DNA of 64,000 nucleotides from Bacteroidales bacterium. Its GTDB lineage: Bacteria; Bacteroidota; Bacteroidia; Bacteroidales; P3. A program made the position numbers and the translations under genes. Location: contig JAKSMP010000001.1 in NCBI GenBank assembly GCA_024400505.1, forward strand, positions 5,265 through 69,264, in the 5' to 3' direction. Positions 9,814 through 20,202 of the stretch are shown in pieces (position 1 is the first letter of the stretch; every line of letters begins with the position of its first letter). The notes beneath the pieces are model-generated. The model ran no database searches. It was not told the origin of the DNA and saw nothing but the letters and a program-made list of their open reading frames with translations.

Positions 9814-10412
9814 TGGCTGATAATAATTCAAAGAAATTGAGTCTTACGTATAGGATGATGCGTAAGATTGGCATGAACTATTCTGAAGAGGAGTATGGTC
9901 AGGTTACGCTGTGGACTGTAATCAAGAGAGTGTATAAGACTTATAGGGATAGTTTTCTGCTGAAATATATGATGAATTCGTGGCTGCTATCTCCTCTGGG
10001 TCCAAGAAAACTGCGACCTTGGGTGTTGAAGAAGATCGGTTGCCACGTGGGTAAGGATGTGTTTGTGGGCGATTCAGTAAAGATTGATGCCGGGCATGCT
10101 GATTTGATATATATTGATGATCACGCCCATATTGCTGGTGGCACGAGACTTTTGTGTCATCAGCGCGATTTGAGCGACTATCATGTTGGGGATGACTATG
10201 CTAAACTCGGTTATAAGTTGAAGCCTATTCATCTGTGCAAGGGTTCACTTGTAGGTATGGAGAGCTTTGTGATGCCTGGAGTGACCATAGGAGAAGGTGC
10301 TATCGTAGGCGCTGGTTCTTTGGTGACAAAAGACGTACCAGCCTGGACTATAGCCACAGGTCGTCCGGCCAAAGTTGTAAAAACGATTACACCGAGAGAA
10401 ATTGAGCAATGA
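9813..10412 (+). CDS. Hexapeptide O-acetyltransferase (WbbJ-like)
   Basis: LCKGSLVGMESFVMPGVTIGEGAIVGAGSLVTKDVPAW. Paralog of 2451..3020. Confidence 0.8.
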   Translation: MADNNSKKLSLTYRMMRKIGMNYSEEEYGQVTLWTVIKRVYKTYRDSFLLKYMMNSWLLSPLGPRKLRPWVLKKIGCHVGKDVFVGDSVKIDAGHADLIYIDDHAHIAGGTRLLCHQRDLSDYHVGDDYAKLGYKLKPIHLCKGSLVGMESFVMPGVTIGEGAIVGAGSLVTKDVPAWTIATGRPAKVVKTITPREIEQ

Positions 10413-11284
10413 AAATATTGACTTTTGATATCGAGGAGTGGTTCCTGAATCAGGAATATTTTGGTAATGACCCAAACTTGGTTAAGCAATACGACAGTTA
10501 TCTGAACCAATTGTTGGATAAGCTAGACGAACGGGAACAGAATGCTACCTTTTTTTGTGTGGGTGGTATGGCCCGTGAGTTTCCGGATGTGGTGAAGTTA
10601 ATCGCCTCCAGAGGCCACGAAGTGGGCTGCCATTCCGATAAGCATGCATGGCTCAATACATTCACTAGAGATGAATTGATGGAGGACACTCGCCAAGCCG
10701 TAGATTCATTGGAGCAGTTGTTGGGTACCAAGGTGATAAGCTATCGTGCTCCAGCCTTTACAGTTGGTGACAAAAATAAGTATGCTCTAGAGGTTCTGGC
10801 AGCTTGTGGAATCCAGTATGACGCTTCTATTTTCCCGGCAGTGCATTCGTTGGGTGGATTTGCGGATTTCAAGTGCAAAACGCCCTGTATTATTCGCTTT
10901 GGCGGAATCGATATTAAGGAATTTCCGATATGTACAACCCAATTGCTAGGACATGAAGTGGCTTATTCCGGTGGTGGGTACTTCCGCTTCTTCCCTTTAT
11001 GGTTCGTGAAAAAGGAAATGCATAATAGCGACTATTCAATGACCTATTTCCATATCGGTGATCTGGTGAAAAGCGAGCCGATAAGTAAGGATATGTTTGC
11101 TGAATATTATAAGATGGATCCTACCCTAAAAAATAGAGCAGTTCGTTATCTGAAGTCAAATATTGGAAAGTCCGGTTCATTTAATAAGTTGATGGGTTTG
11201 TTGGACAAATTCAGGTTTTCGAATGTTAAGACTGTTGCCACTCAAATAGACTGGAGTACTATGCCCATTATCGACTTAAAGTAA
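10409..11284 (+). CDS. Polysaccharide deacetylase (NodB fold, DUF3473-type)
   Basis: MKILTFDIEEWF start, ATFFCVGGMAREFPDVV, HEVGCHSDKH metal motif. Confidence 0.75.
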   Translation: MKILTFDIEEWFLNQEYFGNDPNLVKQYDSYLNQLLDKLDEREQNATFFCVGGMAREFPDVVKLIASRGHEVGCHSDKHAWLNTFTRDELMEDTRQAVDSLEQLLGTKVISYRAPAFTVGDKNKYALEVLAACGIQYDASIFPAVHSLGGFADFKCKTPCIIRFGGIDIKEFPICTTQLLGHEVAYSGGGYFRFFPLWFVKKEMHNSDYSMTYFHIGDLVKSEPISKDMFAEYYKMDPTLKNRAVRYLKSNIGKSGSFNKLMGLLDKFRFSNVKTVATQIDWSTMPIIDLK

Positions 11285-11562
11285 GTTTCGGAAGGCTTTT
11301 GGTGCTCGTTTTGTCGTTATAATGGTGCCCCTTTGTGAGCATTGTTCCTTATTATGGTAATGACGATTGGGTCGAAGAATTGAGTTTGTCGTACATCAAG
11401 GTCTCATTCTATTGGCCAGTAATGGCAGTGAATGAAGGTGTACTTGTATATGTTTTCCTAATTTGATTACTCTATGAGTATGATGTTTTTATGAGACCAA
11501 AGTAAACTATATATTCATTAATTTCCGTTAAACTTATTCAATTTTCTAAGCATAGGTGTTTT

Positions 11563-12198
11563 ATGAAAACTTTTACACAATATCAGAAGCTATACATAGT
11601 GTTGGTAAAGCGTCCTATAGGATTTTTAGGTGCATTTATCGCATTGATTTTGTTGTCACCAGTATTTTTGTTTACAATAGTTCTGCTTCATTTCGCAAAT
11701 AAAGGGGCTGGGGTATTCTTTACACAGGATCGGCCGGGTAAAAATGAAAAGATATTTAAGGCTCTGAAATTTAAGACGATGACGGATGAACGTGATTCGG
11801 AGGGTAATCTTTTACCGGATGAAAAACGCCTCACTCCAGTCGGCAGGTTTATCCGATCAACTTCGATAGATGAGCTGCCACAATTGATAAATATTCTTAA
11901 AGGTGATATGGCTTTTATCGGTCCTCGCCCATTGTTAGTGAAATATCTTCCTTTGTATAGTCCTGAGCAACGTCACCGTCATGACGTTACCCCAGGTATG
12001 AGTGGGTGGGCACAAGTAAATGGGCGGAATAACATTCTATGGTCAAAGAAATTTGAACTGGATATATATTATGTTGAGCATATAGGATTAATGATGGATT
12101 TGAAAGTGTTTTTTACCACAATAAAAAATGTTTTTTTGAGAAAGGATATCAATTCGGCTACATCTGCAACGATGGAACCTTTTAATGGAAATAATTAG
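11563..12198 (+). CDS. Undecaprenyl-phosphate sugar phosphotransferase (PglC/WbaP C-terminal type)
   Basis: One N-terminal TM, then KFKTMTDERD ... DELPQLINILKGDMAFIGPRPL ... PGMSGWAQVNGRN. Confidence 0.85.
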   Translation: MKTFTQYQKLYIVLVKRPIGFLGAFIALILLSPVFLFTIVLLHFANKGAGVFFTQDRPGKNEKIFKALKFKTMTDERDSEGNLLPDEKRLTPVGRFIRSTSIDELPQLINILKGDMAFIGPRPLLVKYLPLYSPEQRHRHDVTPGMSGWAQVNGRNNILWSKKFELDIYYVEHIGLMMDLKVFFTTIKNVFLRKDINSATSATMEPFNGNN

Positions 12199-12850
12199 AC
12201 GTGTTACTATGAGAGATATTCTTATTTATGGCTTTGGTGGTCTTGGGAATGAGGTCGCTTGCATAATTAGGCATATAAATTGTGTGTCCCCAACCTGGAA
12301 TTTGTTAGGATATATTGATGATGGTGTTGCTGCTGGGACAGAATGCAAATATGGAAAAGTGTTGGGAAATTTGGAAACGCTGAATTCTTGGACGGCCCCT
12401 GTTTCAGTTGTGATTGCAATTGCAAATTCTCAGTACTTAGAAAAAATATCAAGCAGTATTAATAATCCTTTGATTGACTTTCCTAATATTATTGCCCCTA
12501 ATGTATTCTTTTTTGATCAAGAGAGTGTTCAATTTGGGAAGGGTAATATCATTACTTTTAATTGTCGGTTAAGTTGCAATATCAGAATTGGCAATTTTAA
12601 CGTTCTGAATGGGAATGTTTCATTAGGACATGATGATGTTGTAGGCGATTTTAATGTTTTGTTCCCAGAAACAAGAATTAGTGGTCAGACATCAATCGGA
12701 AATCGGAATTTTTTTGGCGCAAGAACTTTTGTAGCTCAGTGTCTGCGTATTGGTAATGATTGTAGGTTCGGTGCTGGAGCTTTTGTATTAAGAAAAACTA
12801 AGGATGGATGCCTTTATATGGGCAATCCTGCTAAAATAGTTGTAATTTAA
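12185..12850 (+). CDS. NeuD/PglB-family amino-sugar acetyltransferase
   Basis: Rossmann-like N-terminus ILIYGFGGLGNEV plus C-terminal LbH repeats. The likely ATG is at 12209 (MRDILIYG). Confidence 0.75.
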   Translation: MEIIRRVTMRDILIYGFGGLGNEVACIIRHINCVSPTWNLLGYIDDGVAAGTECKYGKVLGNLETLNSWTAPVSVVIAIANSQYLEKISSSINNPLIDFPNIIAPNVFFFDQESVQFGKGNIITFNCRLSCNIRIGNFNVLNGNVSLGHDDVVGDFNVLFPETRISGQTSIGNRNFFGARTFVAQCLRIGNDCRFGAGAFVLRKTKDGCLYMGNPAKIVVI

Positions 12851-13090
12851 ATGTTAAAAGATATGAATATTCAAGATTTTATCGAAAAATTTGCTGAAGC
12901 AATAGAAATTGAAGCTAGTGGTCTCACTTCTGATACTGAGTTTAGAACTTTGGATGATTGGGATTCTTTGGCATACATTTCCGTCATCGCAATGTTGGAT
13001 GAAGAGTATGATACTCAGATTGAGATGGCCCAGTTCAAACAATTGAAAACTTTAGGCGCAATTGCTGAGTACATTGAGAATAATAAGTAG
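12851..13090 (+). CDS. Acyl carrier protein
   Basis: 79 aa, acidic, with the LDDWDSLAYISVI phosphopantetheine Ser motif. Confidence 0.8.
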   Translation: MLKDMNIQDFIEKFAEAIEIEASGLTSDTEFRTLDDWDSLAYISVIAMLDEEYDTQIEMAQFKQLKTLGAIAEYIENNK

Positions 13091-13104
13091 ATCTCGTATT
13101 AGAT

Positions 13105-14256
13105 ATGGCCTTTTTAAGATATAAAGGAATCGGTATCACTGCTATGGCAGCAGCATTGCCTAAGCAGGTTATCCATAATTTAGAATATACGGATTTTTTC
13201 CCAGAAGACCAAGTAAAGGAGGTTGTGGAAAAAGTTGGAGTCTTTGAGCGTCGTTTTGCTGATAGTCTGACCTGCTCTTCTGACTTGTGCTTTGCTGCTG
13301 CCCAGAAATTGTTTCTGGATAATGATATTAACCGAGACGAGATTGATCTTCTTGTATTCATTAGTCAGACTCCAGATTATCGTATGCCCGCTACCAGCAT
13401 TACGCTTCAGCATCGTTTGGGGTTGAATAATTCTTGTATAGCTTTTGATATCAATTTAGGATGCTCTGCTTTTATTTATGGCATGAGTGTCGTCTATGGT
13501 ATGATGCAGTCAGGAATGATTCGAAAGGCTTTGATTCTTGATGGCGAAACTCGTAGCAAGGTATATGGCCCCCGTGATCGAAGGAGTGCTTTCATTTTTG
13601 GAGATGCAGGTGTTGCAGCATTGGTCGAGCGTGATGATAAGTTTGGGGAGACTACATTCTCTCTCAATTCTGATGGGTCTCGAGCAGATCTCATCATGAT
13701 TAAGGCGGGCGGTTATCGTCATCCGTCTACTCCCGAGACTCTAAAGGAACGTGTTGTTGACGAGTATGGAAACATGCGTTCGGAAGAGCAGGGTTATATG
13801 AAGGGTGGCGATGTGTTTAACTTCGTGATTCGTGAGATTCCTCGTGATATCAAGAAAACAATTACAGAGGCTGGAATGACCGTTGATGACATTGACTACT
13901 TCTGCTTTCATCAGGCCAATAACTTTATCAATGCATATATAGCTAAAAAAATGAAGTTGAATGGGGCTCGTATACCCCATACTATTGAAAAGTACGGAAA
14001 TACCTCTAGCGTTTCAGTTCCTCTGACTATTGTAAGTGAGTTGAAGGATAAGCTTGACGGGTCAAATACACTCATGATGAGTGCTTTTGGAGTGGGGATG
14101 ACGTGGGCTACAGGCATAGTCTCTTTTGTTGATACAAGAATATCTGATATTGTAGAGGTTGTGGCTGGTCAACCTTGCGATGAAGTTCTCTGTCGTGAAT
14201 ATACCCCTATCGAAGGCGCGTCGGAAGAATCTGAAACCCATCCAAAAAGAGACTAA
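13105..14256 (+). CDS. 3-oxoacyl-ACP synthase III (FabH-like KAS III)
   Basis: INLGCSAF active-site Cys, FCFHQANNF His, GNTSSVSVPL Asn motifs. Confidence 0.85.
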   Translation: MAFLRYKGIGITAMAAALPKQVIHNLEYTDFFPEDQVKEVVEKVGVFERRFADSLTCSSDLCFAAAQKLFLDNDINRDEIDLLVFISQTPDYRMPATSITLQHRLGLNNSCIAFDINLGCSAFIYGMSVVYGMMQSGMIRKALILDGETRSKVYGPRDRRSAFIFGDAGVAALVERDDKFGETTFSLNSDGSRADLIMIKAGGYRHPSTPETLKERVVDEYGNMRSEEQGYMKGGDVFNFVIREIPRDIKKTITEAGMTVDDIDYFCFHQANNFINAYIAKKMKLNGARIPHTIEKYGNTSSVSVPLTIVSELKDKLDGSNTLMMSAFGVGMTWATGIVSFVDTRISDIVEVVAGQPCDEVLCREYTPIEGASEESETHPKRD

Positions 14257-15026
14257 TGAGTTATAATCCGTTTAGTTTACAAAATAAAGTTATCATTGTC
14301 ACTGGGGCTTCGTCTGGTATTGGTGCCCAATGTGCCATTGATTGTTCCAAGATGGGGGCAAAAATAGTGCTGGTTGGGCGTAATCAAGAACGACTCAATG
14401 GTACATTGTCTCTTTGTGAAGACTCGTCAAAACATACGGTGCTTCCATTGGATCTGACCAATGGCGCAGCCCTCAAAGATTCAATTAAGTCTGTTGTGGA
14501 AACAATGGGAAGAATCTCTGGTGTGTTGAATTGCGCTGGAATGTCTTCTGTTACTCCGCTAAAGTTGGTCAATGATGAATTGATGGACAATTTCTTTAGC
14601 ACAAATGTGTACTCGGCGATTAATTTAACTAAGGAGGTCTCCCGGGTCGGCATTTTTGATAAAGAAAAGGGGTGTAGTGTTGTTTTCTTCTCTAGCATTA
14701 TGGGACTCTGTGGTGAAAAAGGGAAAACATTATATAGTGCCACCAAAGGTGCACTGATAGCTGCTGCTCGCTCTATGGCTTGCGAATTGGCAAAAAATAG
14801 AATCCGTGTAAATGTTGTGAGCCCGGGTGCTATAGAAACGCCTATCAATGCAAATCAACCTTATATGAATGATCCTGACTTGAGGAAACATCTAGAGGAT
14901 AAGCATCTTTTGGGCATAGGAACCTGCGCTGATATTTCAAATGCGTGTATCTATTTACTAAGTGATGCGTCTAAATGGGTCACGGGTCAGAATCTAATTG
15001 TTGATGGAGGCTATACGGCGAAGTGA
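14256..15026 (+). CDS. SDR oxidoreductase (FabG-like ketoreductase)
   Basis: VTGASSGIG cofactor motif and YSATKGAL catalytic motif. Confidence 0.85.
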   Translation: MSYNPFSLQNKVIIVTGASSGIGAQCAIDCSKMGAKIVLVGRNQERLNGTLSLCEDSSKHTVLPLDLTNGAALKDSIKSVVETMGRISGVLNCAGMSSVTPLKLVNDELMDNFFSTNVYSAINLTKEVSRVGIFDKEKGCSVVFFSSIMGLCGEKGKTLYSATKGALIAAARSMACELAKNRIRVNVVSPGAIETPINANQPYMNDPDLRKHLEDKHLLGIGTCADISNACIYLLSDASKWVTGQNLIVDGGYTAK

Positions 15027-15051
15027 AAATAATTATCAATATTAATTCAAG

Positions 15052-16173
15052 GTGTTAAATATCATGCCAAATACAAAACATATAATAAAGTCAGTTTTGA
15101 CCAACCATCGGATGAAACGAGCTGCAAAAATGTCAAAATCACAGCGTATCATGTTCCCTCCTCTGACAAAGAATGAGTGGAATGAGGTGAAGAAAATCTG
15201 GGGGGGGGTAAAAATGGACAGTTCTACACTCAAAATCTTTCCTAAAGGATATCAGATTTACAAAGGGCTTGAAGGATTTGATCCCCAATATTGTCCAAGT
15301 ACAATCTTCGAACCCTATATTTTGCGTGGTTTGAATTTACCTGTTCATGTTATGGGAATGGAACATAAAGCTATTTTGGACATGATATTCCCAGGAATTA
15401 AGCAGCCTATTACTGTGATTAAACGTATTAATGGCACTTTCTTTGATAAGGAGAGAAATATTCTTGATATTCAAGCTGCCTACAAGTATGTTTCAAGCCA
15501 GGATGCTTTATGTATCAAGCCGACTGCTTTTTCTGCTGGCGGCAATTCCGTGAAGAAAATCGTAGGGAGTGCATTAGACTTTCGTCAATTTGAGGAGATT
15601 GTTCTTGAATATGGTGAGAATTTTATTGTGCAAGAGATCCTTCATCAATCACCCAAAATGTCAAGGCTTTCAGCTACATCATTGAACACATTTAGGGTCT
15701 CATCGTTGTTCATCAATGGTAAGTGCTCAATTTGCACTATTATATGCAGAATTGGTCGAGGTGATTCATTCGTTGACAATGGTGCCAAGGGAAACTATAT
15801 TGTAGGTGTGGATTTTGACGGTCAATTCCGCGAGTACGCATACGATTTTGCTTATGATCGATTTTCTCAGACAGATACAGGAATAAAGTTTGGCGATATC
15901 AAAATTAATGAGATAGCTGAACTTGTTAAACTTGTTGAAACTTTTCACCCTAAGTACATTCCTAATTGTGGATTTTGTGGCTGGGATTTTGCACTCGATG
16001 AAAATAACAGTTGGAATCTTATTGAGGTGAATTTGTATGCACCTGGTATCGAGTTCGAACAAATTTGTCCTGGGAAGTCGTTATTTGGTGAAAGAACTGG
16101 TGAAGTAATAGAATATGTTAATCACCATCAGCCGTCTTTACTTGCAATTATGACTAGTCTAGGTTATGCATAA
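15052..16173 (+). CDS. Sugar-transfer-associated ATP-grasp ligase (ATPgrasp_ST-like)
   Basis: IKPTAFSAGGNSV ... FIVQEILHQSPKMSRLSATSLNTFRVSSL ... WDFALDENNSWNLIEVNL. Paralog of the next gene. Confidence 0.6.
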   Translation: MLNIMPNTKHIIKSVLTNHRMKRAAKMSKSQRIMFPPLTKNEWNEVKKIWGGVKMDSSTLKIFPKGYQIYKGLEGFDPQYCPSTIFEPYILRGLNLPVHVMGMEHKAILDMIFPGIKQPITVIKRINGTFFDKERNILDIQAAYKYVSSQDALCIKPTAFSAGGNSVKKIVGSALDFRQFEEIVLEYGENFIVQEILHQSPKMSRLSATSLNTFRVSSLFINGKCSICTIICRIGRGDSFVDNGAKGNYIVGVDFDGQFREYAYDFAYDRFSQTDTGIKFGDIKINEIAELVKLVETFHPKYIPNCGFCGWDFALDENNSWNLIEVNLYAPGIEFEQICPGKSLFGERTGEVIEYVNHHQPSLLAIMTSLGYA

Positions 16174-17281
16174 TTTAATTACATATGATATTATGAAAAA
16201 TTCATTTAGGCACTTTTATTTTACTCATATTGATCCTAGAAGAATTGTTAGTAGGATTAATGACGGAAAACGTGATTTGAATAGTGCAATTGCTAGAGGT
16301 ACACCAATTTTAGAGGATCAAAGAAATGTAATTCTTGATTTTTGGAAGCCTTATACAAGAACATTTATTGAGAAAAAATCGTTTGATATTCGTTGGTTTG
16401 ATGTATACAACAAGACAAACCTTTTCGGGAATGATTTGAAATTATATATACCGGATGGCTATTACTATAGTGTAATTGACACTTTTTTTAATGACCCATT
16501 GCGTTGTAAATATATGGATGATAAGAATCTATATGATCTTTATTTCCATGATGTCAATCAGGCCAAGATGATCTGTCGAAAAGAAAAGGGTCTATTTCTT
16601 GATGGTGAGTATAGGGTGATTACAATGCAAGATGCCGTTAACCTATGTAGTAAGTGTGGTCAAGTAATTATCAAACCATCTGTTGAATCTTGGGCAGGGG
16701 CAGGGATCAAAAAGTGGAATGCTGAGAATGACAATATTTCTGTATTGGTTGACGCATTGAGCACTCCTGGGTCATTTGTGATTCAAGAAATCATCAAACA
16801 ACATTCTTGTTTATCACAATTCAATGCTACTTGTGTGAATACCATGAGGCTTGTGACCTTGTTCTTTGAAGGTGAGGTTCATGTGGTAACGGCAGTTGCA
16901 ATTATGGGTGGAAAAGGTGCTTTTACAAATCATCTGCATAGAGGAGGCTTAATTTGTGGTATACACTCGGATGGGAGCCTGTTCCATACTGCTTTTGATG
17001 GAAATTTAAATATGTACAAACAGCATCCGAATGGGCCTATCTTTTCTGATTGTAAGATTCTAAATTTTAATAAATGTGTTGATCTGGTTAAGTCATTATC
17101 ACCAAGATTATTTGGAATGTCTAAACTTACTGCGTGGGATATTACCATTGATGAGACCGGAGAGCCTTTATTAATTGAGGCAAATTTCGAGTATGGGGGA
17201 ATTGTTCAAAAGGCAGGTGGCCCAATTTTTGGAGAGATGACAGAGTCAATATTAAAGACTGTTCATAAGGGTAAGGTTTAA
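16166..17281 (+). CDS. Sugar-transfer-associated ATP-grasp ligase, second paralog
   Basis: IIKPSVESWAGAGI ... FVIQEIIKQHSCLSQFNATCVNTMRLVT ... HPNGPIF ... AWDITIDETGEPLLIEAN. Confidence 0.6.
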   Translation: MHNLITYDIMKNSFRHFYFTHIDPRRIVSRINDGKRDLNSAIARGTPILEDQRNVILDFWKPYTRTFIEKKSFDIRWFDVYNKTNLFGNDLKLYIPDGYYYSVIDTFFNDPLRCKYMDDKNLYDLYFHDVNQAKMICRKEKGLFLDGEYRVITMQDAVNLCSKCGQVIIKPSVESWAGAGIKKWNAENDNISVLVDALSTPGSFVIQEIIKQHSCLSQFNATCVNTMRLVTLFFEGEVHVVTAVAIMGGKGAFTNHLHRGGLICGIHSDGSLFHTAFDGNLNMYKQHPNGPIFSDCKILNFNKCVDLVKSLSPRLFGMSKLTAWDITIDETGEPLLIEANFEYGGIVQKAGGPIFGEMTESILKTVHKGKV

Positions 17282-17673
17282 GTTGTAACTGTAATCTTTT
17301 AAGTACAGGGCAATTATTGATGACATTAAATTGAATGATGGAAAGCGTGTTGACTATATCATTTTGCTATCAGAAATAATCCGTATTGTACGAAGGTTTT
17401 ACCCGTCCAGTCGTCCTTCAAAATAACTAAATGGTTTCATAGTATATAATATGGGTGCACCACCGATACCTCAATACATCCCAAAGAAGGATGTCTTCTA
17501 AACTGAGAGTGGGCTCTCGTTTCTTACCAAATGTCTTTGCTGAATTTCTTCAATTCTGCTTCAGTTTTTGGGTGTTACTTAACTTTCTTTAAAACCTTGC
17601 ACCTTATTGTATTAATTGTTGCATGTATTATTTGAATTTAAGCTGTTATGGGCTGTTGTAAATTGGTTTTTCT

Positions 17674-18486
17674 ATGATGAAGTTTATACTCAATTTTTTC
17701 AAATATATCAAATGGTGTAAGTCTGGTGGCTATGCTCAGTCTAATATTTCGTTGATAAACTGCCCGGATGTCCTTAAAGGGAAAAAGGTCTTAGTGACAG
17801 GAGGCAGCGATGGTATAGGTTTGGCGATTGCTAAGAAGTTTATTTCATCGGGAGCATCTGTTGTGATTACGGGACGGAGCATAGAGAAATTGGCTAGGGC
17901 TTCAGCTGAAATTGATTCGGATAATTTGCACGTTTTACAGTGGGATATTTGTAATATCAATCTCATCAAGTCCAACATAAACCGCATTCAGGACCTATTG
18001 GGTGGGATTGATATCGTTGTTAATAATGCGGCGTTTGTCCCTAGTCGTTTTGAAGATCCATTTACCTACGATAAAACAATGGATACAAATGCGAAATCAG
18101 TGTATTGGATCTGTTATTATTTTGCTGAATATATGAAATCCACAAATGGTTTGGCTGGAGGTAAAATAATAAATATATCTTCCTTGAATGCTTTTGAACA
18201 TGGTATGAGTCCTTATTTTATCTCCAAAAGAGCGGTCAATGCAATAACGGAAGGTTTCGCTAAAAAATATTCTCCTTATAATATTATTGTTAATGGGATT
18301 GCCCCAGGATTTTGTAATAGTAATATTAATAAAACCACACAAGGTAATGATTATTGTGAACGGTCAGCAAATGGTTGTATAGTATATCCCTCACAGATTG
18401 CCGAATTGGCATGTTTCTTGGCCTCTGGTGCTTCAAATGGAATTATTGGTCAAACGATTGTATGTGATAATGGCGCATTACTATGA
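17674..18486 (+). CDS. SDR family oxidoreductase
   Basis: VTGGSDGIGLAIA and YFISKRAV motifs. Confidence 0.8.
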   Translation: MMKFILNFFKYIKWCKSGGYAQSNISLINCPDVLKGKKVLVTGGSDGIGLAIAKKFISSGASVVITGRSIEKLARASAEIDSDNLHVLQWDICNINLIKSNINRIQDLLGGIDIVVNNAAFVPSRFEDPFTYDKTMDTNAKSVYWICYYFAEYMKSTNGLAGGKIINISSLNAFEHGMSPYFISKRAVNAITEGFAKKYSPYNIIVNGIAPGFCNSNINKTTQGNDYCERSANGCIVYPSQIAELACFLASGASNGIIGQTIVCDNGALL

Positions 18487-19343
18487 TAATGAATGATAAC
18501 CAAGAGAGAAGAAATGCATTTCCTCCAATTGGGATAGGTACTTATTCCTTAAAAAATGAGGAGTTACAACATATTCTTGAATCAAGCGTGAATCTAGGAT
18601 ATCAATTAATTGATACTGCATATAAGTATCGTAATGAATTTGCAATTGGCCAAGTGTTGCGTGATATTCAGATAGAAAGAAGTAGGGTGTGGCTGGAAAC
18701 AAAGGCCGGTCCAGAACTTATTCTGGGTCGGAAAAGGTTTCTGAGGTTAGATAAGAAGTCTGTTGGGAAGGTGTTAAATGAGGCATGTCATAGGCTTTGT
18801 ACAGATTATATTGATGTATTCCTACTCCATTGTGTTTTTGCTGGATACAAGGACTCTTTTTGCGAGTTGCTAGAATATAAAAAAATGGGACAAGTCCGTT
18901 TTGTTGGTGTGTGCAATATTTCACTTGAACAATTGGAGAACTTATATGAAGATGTTGGAATTTACCCGGATGTGGTTCAGGTTGAAATCCATCCGTATTA
19001 TACTAATTTGAGACTGCGAAAGTATTGTCAAGAACATGGGATAATGGTAGAAGCTCGTTCTCCATTTGCGCATGGTGATGCATGGGAATCATGGTTGCGA
19101 GAACCTGTTTTAGTCAAATTAAAAGAGAAATATCAGGTGTCGATTCCCCAACTTATTCTGCGATGGTTATCTCAAAATAATATTATCGCTTTGCCTAGGA
19201 CAGTTAATTACGGTCATTTAAAAGAAAATTTAAGATCATTAGAATTCAATATTTCAGAAGAGGATATGAGTCTAATAGAATCGCTAAATAGAAATCAATC
19301 TTATGGCTTTATATCTTCTAAAAATCGTAAGAGATGTAAATAA
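18483..19343 (+). CDS. Aldo/keto reductase
   Basis: GIGTYSL ... LIDTAYKYRNE ... IHPYY ... AKR pattern. Confidence 0.85.
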   Translation: MIMNDNQERRNAFPPIGIGTYSLKNEELQHILESSVNLGYQLIDTAYKYRNEFAIGQVLRDIQIERSRVWLETKAGPELILGRKRFLRLDKKSVGKVLNEACHRLCTDYIDVFLLHCVFAGYKDSFCELLEYKKMGQVRFVGVCNISLEQLENLYEDVGIYPDVVQVEIHPYYTNLRLRKYCQEHGIMVEARSPFAHGDAWESWLREPVLVKLKEKYQVSIPQLILRWLSQNNIIALPRTVNYGHLKENLRSLEFNISEEDMSLIESLNRNQSYGFISSKNRKRCK

Positions 19344-19380
19344 TGTGTACGGTGAGAATGAATGTGGATGTCAGGCTGAT

Positions 19381-19983
19381 ATTGATGTTTGCGATGTTCA
19401 TTCCAGCCTTGGCCGGGAGATGGGGACGTATATCTTGCTCTCTGCTCACCGTTGAGAGAAAAATAGCGATACCGAGAAGAACTTCCTGTCACTCTTTACT
19501 GCAATCAATAAGATGGCAGTGAAGTACGACATGCCAATCCTGTATAGCTGCCACCCTCGCAGTCGTAAGAGACTGGAGGCTACTGGCTTCAAACTGGATG
19601 AGCGTGTGATTATGCATGAGCCTCTAGGTTTCCATGATTACAATTGCCTTCAGATGAATGCCTTTGCTGTGGTGTCTGATTCGGGTACTTTGCCCGAGGA
19701 AAGTTCTTTCTTTACCTCTGTAGGCCATCCATTCCCCGCAGTGTGCATCCGTACTTCTACTGAGCGTCCAGAGTCGTTAGATAAAGCTGGTTTTATCCTT
19801 TCGGGCATTGATGAGAAAGGCCTGCTCCAGGCCGTGGATACTGCAGTAGAACTGGTTCGTGATGGCGATTACGGTCTGCCTGTCCCCAATTACGTTGACG
19901 AGAATGTCTCAACTAAGGTGGTGAAGATTATCCAGTCCTATGTCGGTGTCGTCAACAAGATGGTTTGGCGGAAGACCGAATAA
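19381..19983 (+). pseudogene. UDP-GlcNAc 2-epimerase (WecB) remnant: lacks the N-terminal half and carries an in-frame TGA
   Basis: The frame reads ...GTYILLSAHR*EKNSDTEKNF...MPILYSCHPRSRKRL...VVSDSGTLPEES. The TGA at 19453-19455 sits where the HREEN motif is expected. There is no N-terminal Rossmann half. Confidence 0.7.
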
Positions 19984-19997
19984 CGAAACTATGGTGG

Positions 19998-20052
19998 CCA
20001 CGAATAACGCGAATCGGACGAATTGGTATTCGTGATATTCGAGCGATTCGTG
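19998..20052. repeat. 55-nt imperfect-palindrome ACGAAT element, copy 1
   Basis: CCACGAATAACGCGAATCGGACGAATTGGTATTCGTGATATTCGAGCGATTCGTG. The arms pair around TGGT. Confidence 0.8.
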
Positions 20053-20129
20053 ATCAATGAATAAATACAGATATCAGAGGCATATGCAGATATCGTAATC
20101 TGTTAGCATAGCTTGATGATTTGAGTTGA

Positions 20130-20184
20130 CCACGAATAACGCGGATCGGACGAATTGGCATTCGTGATATTTGAGCGATTCGTG
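20130..20184. repeat. 55-nt imperfect-palindrome ACGAAT element, copy 2
   Basis: Same sequence with 3 mismatches, 132 nt downstream of copy 1. Confidence 0.8.
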
Positions 20185-20202
20185 TTCTCATATTAGCATT
20201 CT

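Noticed and set aside
17282-17673. The 390-bp gap between the ATP-grasp gene and the SDR gene, considered as a possible internal promoter or gene remnant.
   Set aside because: There is no clean TAnnTTTG box, no ORF with family motifs and no repeat. It is left unannotated.
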